The notes under the pieces: generated by a model
Databases searched by the model: none
The model's input: only the letters and a program-made list of their open reading frames with translations
Told to the model about the DNA's origin: nothing
Position numbers and translations under genes: made by a program
Part shown: piece by piece, positions 1 to 8,681 of the stretch
How positions within the stretch are numbered: position 1 is the first letter of the stretch
How the letters are laid out: each line of letters starts with the position of its first letter
Assembly: GCA_048939765.1 (NCBI GenBank)
Contig: JBHLPF010000040.1
Coordinates: 1 to 25,189, forward strand
From: Promethearchaeota archaeon
GTDB lineage: Archaea; Asgardarchaeota; Thorarchaeia; Thorarchaeales; Thorarchaeaceae
Reading direction: 5' to 3'
Length of the DNA: 25,189 bases

Positions 1-180
1 CTTGTTTCACTTGGCATATTCAAGAGCCGATCTGAGGCAGCTGCTGCATTGGTAGAAGCAGCTATCTCATCCAGAGAAGACCTCTTCAATGAGATCAAGG
101 CACAGGCTGCCAGTCTTAGTCGCACACAGGATGAGGCCATGAAAGAGGCGCATGATGCAGTCCTAGAGAGACTAGGATAA
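1..180 (+). CDS. 3' end of a ribbon-helix-helix (CopG/MetJ-like) protein, truncated at window start
   Basis: Frame 1 is open to TAA at 178-180: LVSLGIFKSRSEAAAALVEAAISSREDLFNEIKAQ... The 'LVxxGxFKSRSEA' pattern is typical of RHH helix A-turn-helix B. Confidence 0.65.
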   Translation, partial: LVSLGIFKSRSEAAAALVEAAISSREDLFNEIKAQAASLSRTQDEAMKEAHDAVLERLG

Positions 181-279
181 GTCACTCAACCTGTGACATC
201 ATGACATAGAGATTCTGTGTGCCCAAGCACTGTTTTTGTCGCGTTTAGTGTATCGACGGTCAGACCCTTATAGGAGTCT

Positions 280-1176
280 GTGAATAGAGATGAATACTGT
301 TGTAGGGAGTTGATTCTTATCTCAGAAGAAAATCCCCGTTTAAATCGTGAATACATTGGAAAGATGTACAGTGCTGGCCCTATACTTGTCGATGTAGACA
401 GTATTCGTCATTATGCGCTTGCCACCAATGAGAGGAATTCGCTATACACTGAGGAACAACATGCCAAAGAATTGATTGCGCCTCCAATATACCCCGTGGT
501 ATTCATACCGCCTCTCCTTGAACAGCTCGTGGAAGATGGAGAAACGATGGGTCTTGATGTTCTAAGGGTGGTCCATGCCGAACAAGAGATGACTTGGAAT
601 AGTGTCATTCGCCCTGGTGACGAGATCTATTCGTCAGCTAGAATTGTGGAAATGAAGAAGCTGGGAGCGAATGAGATACTTGAGTTGGAGATTCTCTGCA
701 AGCGCCAAGACAAGCTTGTGGTAGAGATGCAATATCGCTTGTTGCTCAGAGGAGAAAAGAAAAGTGAACCCAAGAAAGCGAAACCTGTTGAGGATCAGGA
801 AAGGGGAAGGAAGATTGCTGAGCAGAAGGTGTTTGTCACAGAGGACCAAGGCATAAGATATGCAGAAGCCTCTGGAGACCACAATCCGATTCACACTAGT
901 GATGAGGTTGCAAGACTCGCAGGTCTTCCAAAGTCTATACTCCAAGGGCTTTGCACAATGGCGATTGCATCACAGGCAATAGTAGATGAACTGCTGAACG
1001 GAGACCCATCTCGTCTAAAGGTCATGAAGGTACGCTTCTCGAAACCTGTCTTCATGGGACAGGAATTGACCACGGAGATTTATGAATCTGAACCAGAGGG
1101 ACACGTTGTTCACTTTGAAACCAAGGATTCGAAAGGTGTTCCCGTTCTGACTCGTGGTATTGCTGAGTATGTTTAG
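280..1176 (+). CDS. Double-hotdog MaoC-family (R)-specific enoyl-CoA hydratase / 3-hydroxyacyl-thioester dehydratase
   Basis: C-terminal hydratase-2 motif YAEASGDHNPIH...A...GL...ILQG and VRFSKPVF. The N-terminal hotdog is degenerate (YALATNERNSLY, VVHAEQ). True start may be TTG at 310. Confidence 0.85.
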   Translation: MNRDEYCCRELILISEENPRLNREYIGKMYSAGPILVDVDSIRHYALATNERNSLYTEEQHAKELIAPPIYPVVFIPPLLEQLVEDGETMGLDVLRVVHAEQEMTWNSVIRPGDEIYSSARIVEMKKLGANEILELEILCKRQDKLVVEMQYRLLLRGEKKSEPKKAKPVEDQERGRKIAEQKVFVTEDQGIRYAEASGDHNPIHTSDEVARLAGLPKSILQGLCTMAIASQAIVDELLNGDPSRLKVMKVRFSKPVFMGQELTTEIYESEPEGHVVHFETKDSKGVPVLTRGIAEYV

Positions 1177-1634
1177 TCAAGAAACGCATCTAGGCCTACA
1201 CGCACAGTGTATACCTCTCCAGTTGCACACTTGTCCTCCCCAGAATATAGCGAGCATGAAACGGTAGTCTTCGGCCCATCTATCTTTGTGACTCGTGCCC
1301 TGAGTGTCACAGGCTTGTCAATCGGTGTTGGTCGTAGAAACCGAATCGATAGTCCTGATGTCACATATACGAAATGATTCTCACCACTCCCTTCAGCCTT
1401 GTGCGCATTGGCATTCGCGGTCCCTGTCCCATGACAGTCGATGAGAGTAGCTATGATGCCGCCGTTTAGAATACCTGGGAAGGCTGTATGGTAGGATTCT
1501 GGCGTCCATACTGCAACAGTCTCTTCATCTTCCCAGTAGCTCTTTAGTTGAAGGCCATGCTCATTGTTCGTCCCACAGCCATAGCAGAGTGTGGCTTTGT
1601 GCGGCCAGGAATCTTGGATCGCCTCTTTTGACAT
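1173..1634 (-). CDS. PaaI-family hotdog thioesterase
   Basis: CYGCG..N..GL, FPGILNGGIIATLIDCH and T..L.IRFLRPTP motifs. Its stop overlaps the MaoC stop by 4 nt (convergent). Confidence 0.85.
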   Translation of the reverse strand: MSKEAIQDSWPHKATLCYGCGTNNEHGLQLKSYWEDEETVAVWTPESYHTAFPGILNGGIIATLIDCHGTGTANANAHKAEGSGENHFVYVTSGLSIRFLRPTPIDKPVTLRARVTKIDGPKTTVSCSLYSGEDKCATGEVYTVRVGLDAFLD

Positions 1635-1753
1635 GTCAGTCCCACCTGGGATTCAATTCTTGAAACGAATCATCTAGAATAAGCATATTGATAGGTGCTG
1701 TTACTGATGCTCAAATTAGAAAAGCACAGAGATGAAAGAGGATTTGAGATATA

Positions 1754-1966
1754 ATGGGGCGGAGATTCAGAAGACACCGAAGATCCAGAAGACACCGGAA
1801 GAAACGTAGAGAAAAGCCGCATTCACATGATATTGGAGTCGAGGCCACATTGGCACCGGCGTGGGTTCCAAGTGCTGAAAGCACTCGATGGATGCGGATG
1901 ATTGCTAGAAGTCATAGAAGGAGGCGTCGAAGACTTCCAAGAGCGCTCCGTAAATTGTATCATTAA
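1754..1966 (+). CDS. Small, very Arg-rich basic protein (70 aa), function unknown
   Basis: ATG preceded by purine-rich GAAAGAGGA. Fills the gap between the thioesterase and msrB. 22 Arg + 4 Lys in 70 aa. Confidence 0.55.
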   Translation: MGRRFRRHRRSRRHRKKRREKPHSHDIGVEATLAPAWVPSAESTRWMRMIARSHRRRRRRLPRALRKLYH

Positions 1967-2074
1967 CATGTGGCACTCCATTTGTTATGACCGATTAGGC
2001 ATATTTGGACGGTTGGAGCATAAGGCAATATCCGCTTTCGAAGAGGTTTTTTGCCTATTTTCACAATCGCTACC

Positions 2075-2482
2075 ATGGTAGAAATGGTAGAGAAATCAGA
2101 AGAAGAATGGAAACTGACTCTCAGTCCTGAGCAGTTCAAAGTCCTCAGACAGTGTGGAACGGAACCACCCTTCAGTGGAAAATATGTGCATCACAAAGAG
2201 GATGGTGTTTACGTGTGTGCTGCATGCGGAAACGAACTCTTCTCATCAGACACAAAGTTTGAATCAGGGAGTGGATGGCCCAGCTTCTGGGAAAAACTCT
2301 CTGGGGAGAGTGTAGATCTCAAGCCGGACAATAGCTATGGAATGAGAAGGACCGAGGTGGTCTGTAGGAATTGCGGAGGCCATCTGGGACATGTGTTTGA
2401 TGATGGCCCTAACCCAACCGGACTCAGATACTGCATAAACTCACTATCATTGGATTTCAAGAAGGCGGACTCTGTGGAGTAA
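2075..2482 (+). CDS. msrB: Peptide-methionine (R)-S-oxide reductase MsrB, Zn-binding type
   Basis: [47 protein letters not shown] at 2075 or 2084 is preferred over TTG 2051. Confidence 0.96.
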   Translation: MVEMVEKSEEEWKLTLSPEQFKVLRQCGTEPPFSGKYVHHKEDGVYVCAACGNELFSSDTKFESGSGWPSFWEKLSGESVDLKPDNSYGMRRTEVVCRNCGGHLGHVFDDGPNPTGLRYCINSLSLDFKKADSVE

Positions 2483-2590
2483 GCCACAGGTTCGATGACG
2501 ATTGTCCAAGCAGAGAGTCGACTTCTCTCGATGCGGGCCATGGTGGATTCTGGAGTCGACTGGCTTCCTAAAAACAGGAAATATCCGTAG

Positions 2591-3598
2591 CTAAAGGTCG
2601 CTTTTGAATCGAAGCCGCTCTCTAACTTCCTTGTCTAGAACAACAATTGGAACATCTTGCGCCATCTCTTTCATGTCATCAAGAATTTCCAAGTCGAGCT
2701 CATACTCCTTGGCAAACTCCTCGGCAAATGACCCGTCTTGAATCTCTCTCAATGATATCTGCATTTGCTCGCGCAGTTCAGGATTGGCATATCTTATGCC
2801 TCTAGACATACTCCCATACTGACTTGTCGGGGAATGAAGCTCCAGTTGTTTCAAAGTGCCCATCTTGGCGATCTTCTCCATTGTATATGCCAGTTCACCG
2901 GACATGTAGAGTTCAACTAGAACAGCTTCAGGGGGATATCCAGCCTCAACCGCAACATCCACTGCTGTTGTGAGAACCTGTCCAAATGCAGGGCCAAAGC
3001 ACTGCTCATTGAAGAGGTCCAGTTCGGTTTCTTGTCGGAAACTCACTTCTAGGATTGCTCCACCCTCCTTTGTGGCTCCAATTCCTTTGGAGAGAGCCAG
3101 GGCATAGTCCTTTGCCTTACCTGATGAATCATTATGAATAGCAATGAAGACATGGAATCCCCTGTCATTCTCAAAGGCATTCCTGACTCCAGCTCCGATC
3201 ATACGAGGCGCAACCAGAATGACGTCATTTTCTATAGGCGGGATGATTCTTTCAAAAGTGACATTATAGCCTGACGCAAAACATAGAATCTTGTCGGGAG
3301 CCATTGCAGGAAGAATCTCAGCCTCAAAGATGGTGGGTTGCACCTCATCTGGAATAAGAAGCATGATGAAGCGTGCTCGCTTGACTGCTTCCTGTATCTC
3401 AAGGACTTCAAATCCATCTGACATGGCCGTTTCCCAATATTCGTCACGGATATTGCCCACGAGTACATTCAGGCCTGAGTCTCTGAGGTTCTGCGCCTGA
3501 GCCCTCCCTTGATTGCCGTATCCTATGACTGCGATGACACCATCCAGGAGAGAGATGTCAGCGTCTTCGTCAAAGAATACAGGTGTTGGTTCCGTCAT
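2591..3598 (-). CDS. ilvC: Ketol-acid reductoisomerase (class I KARI/IlvC) family, divergent clade
   Basis: IAVIGYGNQGRAQAQNLRDSG, LIPDE, VAPRMIG, ETELDLFNEQ and EIQDGSFAEEF. Several canonical residues differ (see findings). ATG at 3598; ORF track uses GTG 3607. Confidence 0.8.
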   Translation of the reverse strand: MTEPTPVFFDEDADISLLDGVIAVIGYGNQGRAQAQNLRDSGLNVLVGNIRDEYWETAMSDGFEVLEIQEAVKRARFIMLLIPDEVQPTIFEAEILPAMAPDKILCFASGYNVTFERIIPPIENDVILVAPRMIGAGVRNAFENDRGFHVFIAIHNDSSGKAKDYALALSKGIGATKEGGAILEVSFRQETELDLFNEQCFGPAFGQVLTTAVDVAVEAGYPPEAVLVELYMSGELAYTMEKIAKMGTLKQLELHSPTSQYGSMSRGIRYANPELREQMQISLREIQDGSFAEEFAKEYELDLEILDDMKEMAQDVPIVVLDKEVRERLRFKSDL

Positions 3599-3656
3599 CT
3601 TGAGCACAAGACGGAAAAAGGACGAAGCGAGTTATCACTGTACCGACTTCGTCTAT

Positions 3657-3866
3657 TCAAGAAAGCAAGCCACGTAGGGTATTGACAAATCCATCCTCAT
3701 CTTCTGCAAGTCGTTTCTTGACTTCTTTCCAAGATTCGGAACAGTTTTTGTAGTCAACACCTACTAAGTCATGTATCACCTTGTCTATCTCACGCTTATT
3801 CTCCTTGGTGACTTCGATTCCAATCTCCTCAAAGATGCGACTCATGTGTCGAAAATAGCAAGTCAT
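3657..3866 (-). CDS. Small conserved-looking hypothetical protein (69 aa, MTCYFRH...YKNC..WKEVK)
   Basis: SD GGAGTGA just upstream of ATG 3866, helical charged composition. The upstream part of the 3657..4133 ORF is better explained by another gene and a hairpin. Confidence 0.75.
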   Translation of the reverse strand: MTCYFRHMSRIFEEIGIEVTKENKREIDKVIHDLVGVDYKNCSESWKEVKKRLAEDEDGFVNTLRGLLS

Positions 3867-3944
3867 TACATTCACTCCGGGTCCTATGATGATAGAGATA
3901 TGTCGAGATTTGCTTTCAAAACTTCCCCTAGAAAGAATGGAGGT

Positions 3945-3967
3945 GGAAGAGAGTATCACTCTCTTCC
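3945..3967 (-). terminator. Perfect 10-bp hairpin GGAAGAGAGT-atc-ACTCTCTTCC
   Basis: Begins 7 nt downstream of the stop of the 54-aa minus-strand gene. Confidence 0.55.
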
Positions 3968-3973
3968 TTATGA

Positions 3974-4138
3974 CTACAAATAGATGTAGGCTAGAATGAG
4001 TAGAATACCATAGAGCAGATGGCCAATAACTGCAGCAGTCTTTGGCACTCGTATGCTCTTTCTCATTACAAATTCCTGTCCCGCCCAGCAGGCTATAATC
4101 GAGCCCACTAGAATCAAAGTGAACAATATCCAATCCAC
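3974..4138 (-). CDS. 54-aa 2-TM membrane microprotein, paralog of the upstream gene (not in ORF track)
   Basis: Manual translation from GTG 4138: MDWILFTLILVGSIIACWAGQEFVMRKSIRVPKTAAVIGHLLYGILLILAYIYL*. GGAGG SD about 9 nt upstream. Start is 1 nt after the upstream TGA. Shares GS.I.CW..QE.V...SI..P..A...H with 4140..4412. Confidence 0.8.
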   Translation of the reverse strand: MDWILFTLILVGSIIACWAGQEFVMRKSIRVPKTAAVIGHLLYGILLILAYIYL

Positions 4139-4139
4139 T

Positions 4140-4412
4140 TCAATGCGCCTCCAATGAGATCTGCTTGTTGTTCCTCATTATCATGAACGGATAGATTACG
4201 AGGACTGCAGCGATGAATATGCCATGAAAGACTAATACTGCTGCAAATGGGATTGTGATAGATATGGCAGCAACTACTTCCTGAGCAATCCAACAGACAA
4301 TAACCGACCCAATGAATAGAATCAGCCAAGTCTTGATGACACTCCTCTGAGGGAAGCGATCGGGAGATTCAGATGTAGTTTTCAGATTTTGTGAACCAAT
4401 TCGTTCGACCAT
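4140..4412 (-). CDS. 90-aa 2-TM membrane protein
   Basis: SD GGTGA before ATG. Two hydrophobic segments flanking CWIAQE. Confidence 0.8.
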   Translation of the reverse strand: MVERIGSQNLKTTSESPDRFPQRSVIKTWLILFIGSVIVCWIAQEVVAAISITIPFAAVLVFHGIFIAAVLVIYPFMIMRNNKQISLEAH

Positions 4413-4571
4413 TTATTTCACCAGTAGAGTTTACTTCAAACAAGAAATGGTACAGAAACTACAAAACAGGTTGGCAATTCTCAATTGACAGAAATGTAGA
4501 TATTAATCGGAAAAGGTGTGGTTCTTGCACTCGCTGATTCAAAAACGGCAATAATTCAAAGGTGCTTCACT

Positions 4572-5504
4572 TTGGACATGCTTGACAAGGCTCTCATTGG
4601 CGAACTAAGTAACAACTGCCGTGTGTCCTTCTCAAATCTTGCAGGGAAGTACTCTGTTTCGGTAAACACGATAAAGAACAGGGTCGAACAACTTCTTGAG
4701 GACAAGGTCATTCTTGGTTTTGATGTCATCCCAAAGATGAGCTTGTTCAATGCAAGCTTCGCGACCATAATGCTTCACCTAGAGAGTAGAGCGACTCGGG
4801 AAATCATAGACAGATTGGGCAGCAACCAGTTCATTATGGCTGTCATGACAGGACTTGAGCCAGAAGGATTTGCGATTGCCATTTACAGGAATGCGGATGA
4901 GCTCAATCAGGCAGTCGAGCATCTGAGAACAGACAGTGCTGTAAGAGAGGTAGAGGTAATACAGCTGTTGCCGCCGCCTTCGTCCAAGGAAACTGTGAGA
5001 TCCACAAAGACTCTTGATGATCTCAAAACAATTGACTGGAAGATACTTTATCATCTAAGATGGAATGGCAGAATGGCTTTGAAGGAGATAGCAGAAAAGG
5101 CAGGAAAATCTGTTCCCACCGTCCGAAAGAGAATTGAATTCATGCGGAAGCATGATCTGATCTATGAATCAACCCTCTTGAACATCGGAGCTGTTGGAAC
5201 AGGGCTGGTTATCACTCTAGTTGCAGAAATACCCGACTTGTCTTCGTCAAGGCAGCTTGAGATTGATGAACTCATCCGAAACGCCTATCCCGAGGAGTAC
5301 TGGTTGAGTTGGATGAGTGCAGACAGGCCGGTGATGCTTCTCTCGTTCTATACTGCAAGCGCCAAAGCCGCAGGGGATATCAGGAATAATCTAGGGAGCG
5401 TTGTTCCGGGTCTTGGAGTTGTGGGTCAGGTAATTAGTGGAGAATGGGAATATTTCAGAGACTTTCGAGATAAGATTCTCAGAGAAAAATCAGGTGAAGC
5501 ATAG
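4572..5504 (+). CDS. Tandem-duplicated Lrp/AsnC-family transcriptional regulator (two wHTH + RAM-like modules)
   Basis: LDMLDKALIGELSNNCRVSFSNLA...VSVNTIKNRVEQL and LKTIDWKILYHLRWNGRMALKEIAEKAGKSVPTVRKRI. Likely TTG start at 4572; ORF track starts at 4518. Confidence 0.88.
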   Translation: MDMLDKALIGELSNNCRVSFSNLAGKYSVSVNTIKNRVEQLLEDKVILGFDVIPKMSLFNASFATIMLHLESRATREIIDRLGSNQFIMAVMTGLEPEGFAIAIYRNADELNQAVEHLRTDSAVREVEVIQLLPPPSSKETVRSTKTLDDLKTIDWKILYHLRWNGRMALKEIAEKAGKSVPTVRKRIEFMRKHDLIYESTLLNIGAVGTGLVITLVAEIPDLSSSRQLEIDELIRNAYPEEYWLSWMSADRPVMLLSFYTASAKAAGDIRNNLGSVVPGLGVVGQVISGEWEYFRDFRDKILREKSGEA

Positions 5505-5658
5505 CAGTCTGATTGACTAGTTGGCTGGTTCACTGATGATGAAGGCAATCGGATGGAGCTATGGGCGCCACCAAAGACCTCCTCGAAGATGTAACAGACT
5601 TCCTTCAGCAATATCTTTAAGATAGTTAAGTCACATCTGTGAGAGCGGAGGATATGAT

Positions 5659-6657
5659 TTGCATTACCGAAGGGTAGGAAAGAGTGGCCTGAAGATTAGT
5701 GAGGTGTCTCTTGGTTCATGGTTGACATATGGCGGGAGTGTAGAGAAGCAGGTTGCCAAGGACTGCATGAATACTGCATTAGAACGTGGCATAAACTTCA
5801 TCGACTCAGCTGAGGCCTATGCTGGCGGGAAGGCAGAGAGTGTGATCGGTGAGTGGCTGGTTGAGGAAAACATCGATAGAAAGAACCTAGTGATATCGAG
5901 CAAGGTCTTTTGGCCAACCAGTGATGCAGTCACAGACTGGGGAAACAGCCGCAAGAACATCTTGAACGCTATAGATGGGACACTGGACCGTCTAGGAACA
6001 GATCATATTGACATCTACTACCTACATAGATTCGATACGACCACTCCTGTGAGAGAGACGGCGGAAACCATGGATGACCTCATCCACTCTGGAAAGGTCA
6101 GGTATTGGGGGACATCCGTATGGACTGCAGCTCAGTTGGAGCGAGTTCATGCCATTGCCAAAGAACATGGACTGCAACGACCTATTGTCGAACAGCCGAT
6201 GTATAACATGCTCTTCCGTCACATCGAGCTTGAAATCATGCAGGTGGGAAAGAGTCTCGGCATGGGCTTCACGGTCTGGAGCCCGTTGTATCAAGGCCTT
6301 CTCACAGGGAAATACAACAAGGGAATTCCAGAAGACAGTCGCGGAAAGAGCATGGAAGGATTTCTAAAGTACCTTACAGAAGATGTCCAGCAGAAGATTG
6401 TCAAGATGACGGGCATCGCAGAGTCGATGGATATCTCAATGACTCAACTCGCACTGGCCTGGATACTCAGAAGGCCTGAGATTTCAGCGGTGTTAATGGG
6501 TGCTACAAGACCAGAGCAGGTGATTGAGAATGCGGGGGCGTCAGACGTCAGTCTTTCAAAGACAACGCTGGATGAGATAGAAACCATCCTCGACAATGCA
6601 CCATATTGGCCTAGGACTTATGCACCCAATGTGTTTCATGAAGAGGATATGAGATAA
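5659..6657 (+). CDS. Aldo/keto reductase, Kv-beta/Tas-like subfamily
   Basis: YRRVGKSGLKISEVSLGSWLTYG, DSAEAY, ISSK, YYLHR, WSPL..GLLTGKY and QLALAW. GGAGG SD before TTG. Confidence 0.92.
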   Translation: MHYRRVGKSGLKISEVSLGSWLTYGGSVEKQVAKDCMNTALERGINFIDSAEAYAGGKAESVIGEWLVEENIDRKNLVISSKVFWPTSDAVTDWGNSRKNILNAIDGTLDRLGTDHIDIYYLHRFDTTTPVRETAETMDDLIHSGKVRYWGTSVWTAAQLERVHAIAKEHGLQRPIVEQPMYNMLFRHIELEIMQVGKSLGMGFTVWSPLYQGLLTGKYNKGIPEDSRGKSMEGFLKYLTEDVQQKIVKMTGIAESMDISMTQLALAWILRRPEISAVLMGATRPEQVIENAGASDVSLSKTTLDEIETILDNAPYWPRTYAPNVFHEEDMR

Positions 6658-6785
6658 TAGCAGTGCAGAAACTCATCGCTTTCAAACTACATGAAGATAA
6701 GACACCCTAACAGCGCAATGGTTGAAGAAATGCACCCTAAGCCTCTTATTTGACTCAGCAGGTATGGACCCCACTAGGTGATCTC

Positions 6786-8678
6786 ATGGATAGGAGGAAT
6801 TTCCAAAGAGGCATGATTGTGCTTGGCATCGTCATCGCTGTAGCCGGGTTTGCATTGCATTTCTCAGTGCCAGGGACGACTCGAAGTGGATTCAATGTGG
6901 TAGTTGAGGGCTCAGGCTATGCTGTCGATCATATCTCTATGGAGCTTGGTGATGCGGACTACGAATTCGGAATAGAGATGTTACCTCCAGACCAAAGCAT
7001 CGCTGAGAACACCACTGGCTATTTGCTCACAGAATCAGAATATGAGAAGTACGTGTCTGGCACGCCAATTCAGGGTGTAGAGGCCCTTCTTGTGTTTGGA
7101 AGTGGGGAGAGAACGAGCTATGAAACCTCACTCACGACAGAGCTTGACCTGTATATTGTATTCTTCAACTATGGTCAGGACTCGGTCTCATGGACCTACT
7201 ACTATATCATTCTTCCATCCGGATTCTATCCTACATTCACGCTGGGATTCTCAGGCCTGTTCATTGTCATGGTCGGGGTGGGTTGGAGTCTAGATGGATG
7301 GAAGAGGTATTTTGTGATTGGAACAAGCATCAACCTAGTGCTTTTCTTCATCCGCACATTCACCCTTGCATCCTACAGCCTTGGGCTTCCGGATATCTTC
7401 GATGACCTGATTCACGTTGAATTGTATAACGACTACCAGTTCTTCTACCTGTCATGGGTGCCATCACTTAGAGAAGGCGCGTGGGCATATTCGAGCGACC
7501 TTGCACTCTATCTCTATCCGCCTCTGTGGATCTATACAGTATCCATTCTAGGTAGTGTTCCTTCTTGGTTGCCAGGAGTACCGCTCTTCGTCTTCAACGT
7601 CGGAACGGGCTATTTCGTCTATATGATTGCGAAATCACTGACGAATGATGAGAGATACCCAGTCTATGCAATGATGCTGTATCTCCTCAACCCTTTCACA
7701 TTGTTCTACGGAAGTTTCATGTGGTTGAATCCAACGCCATATGTCTTCTTCACCATGGCTGCATTCTACCTTGCGGTGACTGACAGAGAAGAGATTTCTA
7801 TTGCATCTATTGCTGTTGCCACATTGTATAAGCAGTTGGCAGTGGTCTTCTTTCCAATCCTTTCGATTGCGCTGCTCAAGAAGCAGCCAGGAAGAAGGAT
7901 CCTCGACAATGTGCGAGGATTCCTCAAACACACAGCAATCTATGCAGGCATTATCTTTCTCGTGTCTATACCTTTCCTTCTTGTTAGTCCAGTACAGTAC
8001 CTGAACCAGATACTCCTCTGGAACACAGGCGGATACGAAACGTTGCGACAATTCATCCCAGACCTTTGGATGACGGTCCATTTGAACACGTTCTTCCTGT
8101 GGCTTGGCATGCCAGGATGGTTCACCGACACCATCGCGTTTCTTTTGGCAAACTATGTGTTCCTGATAATATGCGGAATAGTGGTCTATGGCACATTTGC
8201 CGTCTTCAAACCCATTCTCAGGACCGATGATGATCAGTCAGGACGGGTTCGACAGCTGGTCACCCATGCCCTCCTTTGGGGATTTGTTGCAGTCATGTGT
8301 GTTCAGCTGTTCTATCCACGTGGAGCCTACAAGTTCTACCTACTCGCACTCGCACCATTTGTATCAGTGCTCTATGACTATCGCAATCTAGAACTCATCA
8401 AAAGCACTACTGGCTTCGAGAAACATCATCTAGTCCCTCTTGTCATCTCATGGATCGTGTTCGTGTGTTATCGTTTCGTGTATTTCTGGATTCTGGGAGC
8501 TTGGCTATTGTTCTATTTATGGAAAAGCGGCAATCTATCTAGAATTGTTGGAGGGTTTAGATTGCTGATACGTCCTCCATACAAGGAGAGCGGCAATGTG
8601 TCGGTCTATGAGGAGCTCTATGGTGATGACTTGGACGACTTCGATGCCCCACTAACTACCAGTAATGACGGTCAGTGA
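6786..8678 (+). CDS. Multi-pass GT-C superfamily glycosyltransferase (GT87/PIG-M-like) with an extra N-terminal extramembrane domain
   Basis: LYNDYQFFY acidic loop, YLYPPLW, LYLLNPF, YKQ...FP and many TM segments. SD GGTGAT before ATG 6786; ORF track starts at 6750. Confidence 0.75.
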   Translation: MDRRNFQRGMIVLGIVIAVAGFALHFSVPGTTRSGFNVVVEGSGYAVDHISMELGDADYEFGIEMLPPDQSIAENTTGYLLTESEYEKYVSGTPIQGVEALLVFGSGERTSYETSLTTELDLYIVFFNYGQDSVSWTYYYIILPSGFYPTFTLGFSGLFIVMVGVGWSLDGWKRYFVIGTSINLVLFFIRTFTLASYSLGLPDIFDDLIHVELYNDYQFFYLSWVPSLREGAWAYSSDLALYLYPPLWIYTVSILGSVPSWLPGVPLFVFNVGTGYFVYMIAKSLTNDERYPVYAMMLYLLNPFTLFYGSFMWLNPTPYVFFTMAAFYLAVTDREEISIASIAVATLYKQLAVVFFPILSIALLKKQPGRRILDNVRGFLKHTAIYAGIIFLVSIPFLLVSPVQYLNQILLWNTGGYETLRQFIPDLWMTVHLNTFFLWLGMPGWFTDTIAFLLANYVFLIICGIVVYGTFAVFKPILRTDDDQSGRVRQLVTHALLWGFVAVMCVQLFYPRGAYKFYLLALAPFVSVLYDYRNLELIKSTTGFEKHHLVPLVISWIVFVCYRFVYFWILGAWLLFYLWKSGNLSRIVGGFRLLIRPPYKESGNVSVYEELYGDDLDDFDAPLTTSNDGQ

Positions 8679-8681
8679 GGT

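Noticed and set aside
3867-4133. N-terminal extension of the 158-aa ORF 3657..4133
   Set aside because: It overlaps the better-supported 54-aa gene in another frame and a hairpin. A clear SD sits before ATG 3866.
5659-6657. Kv-beta-like AKR as a eukaryotic signature or channel subunit
   Set aside because: This AKR subfamily is widespread in prokaryotes and no K+ channel gene is nearby.
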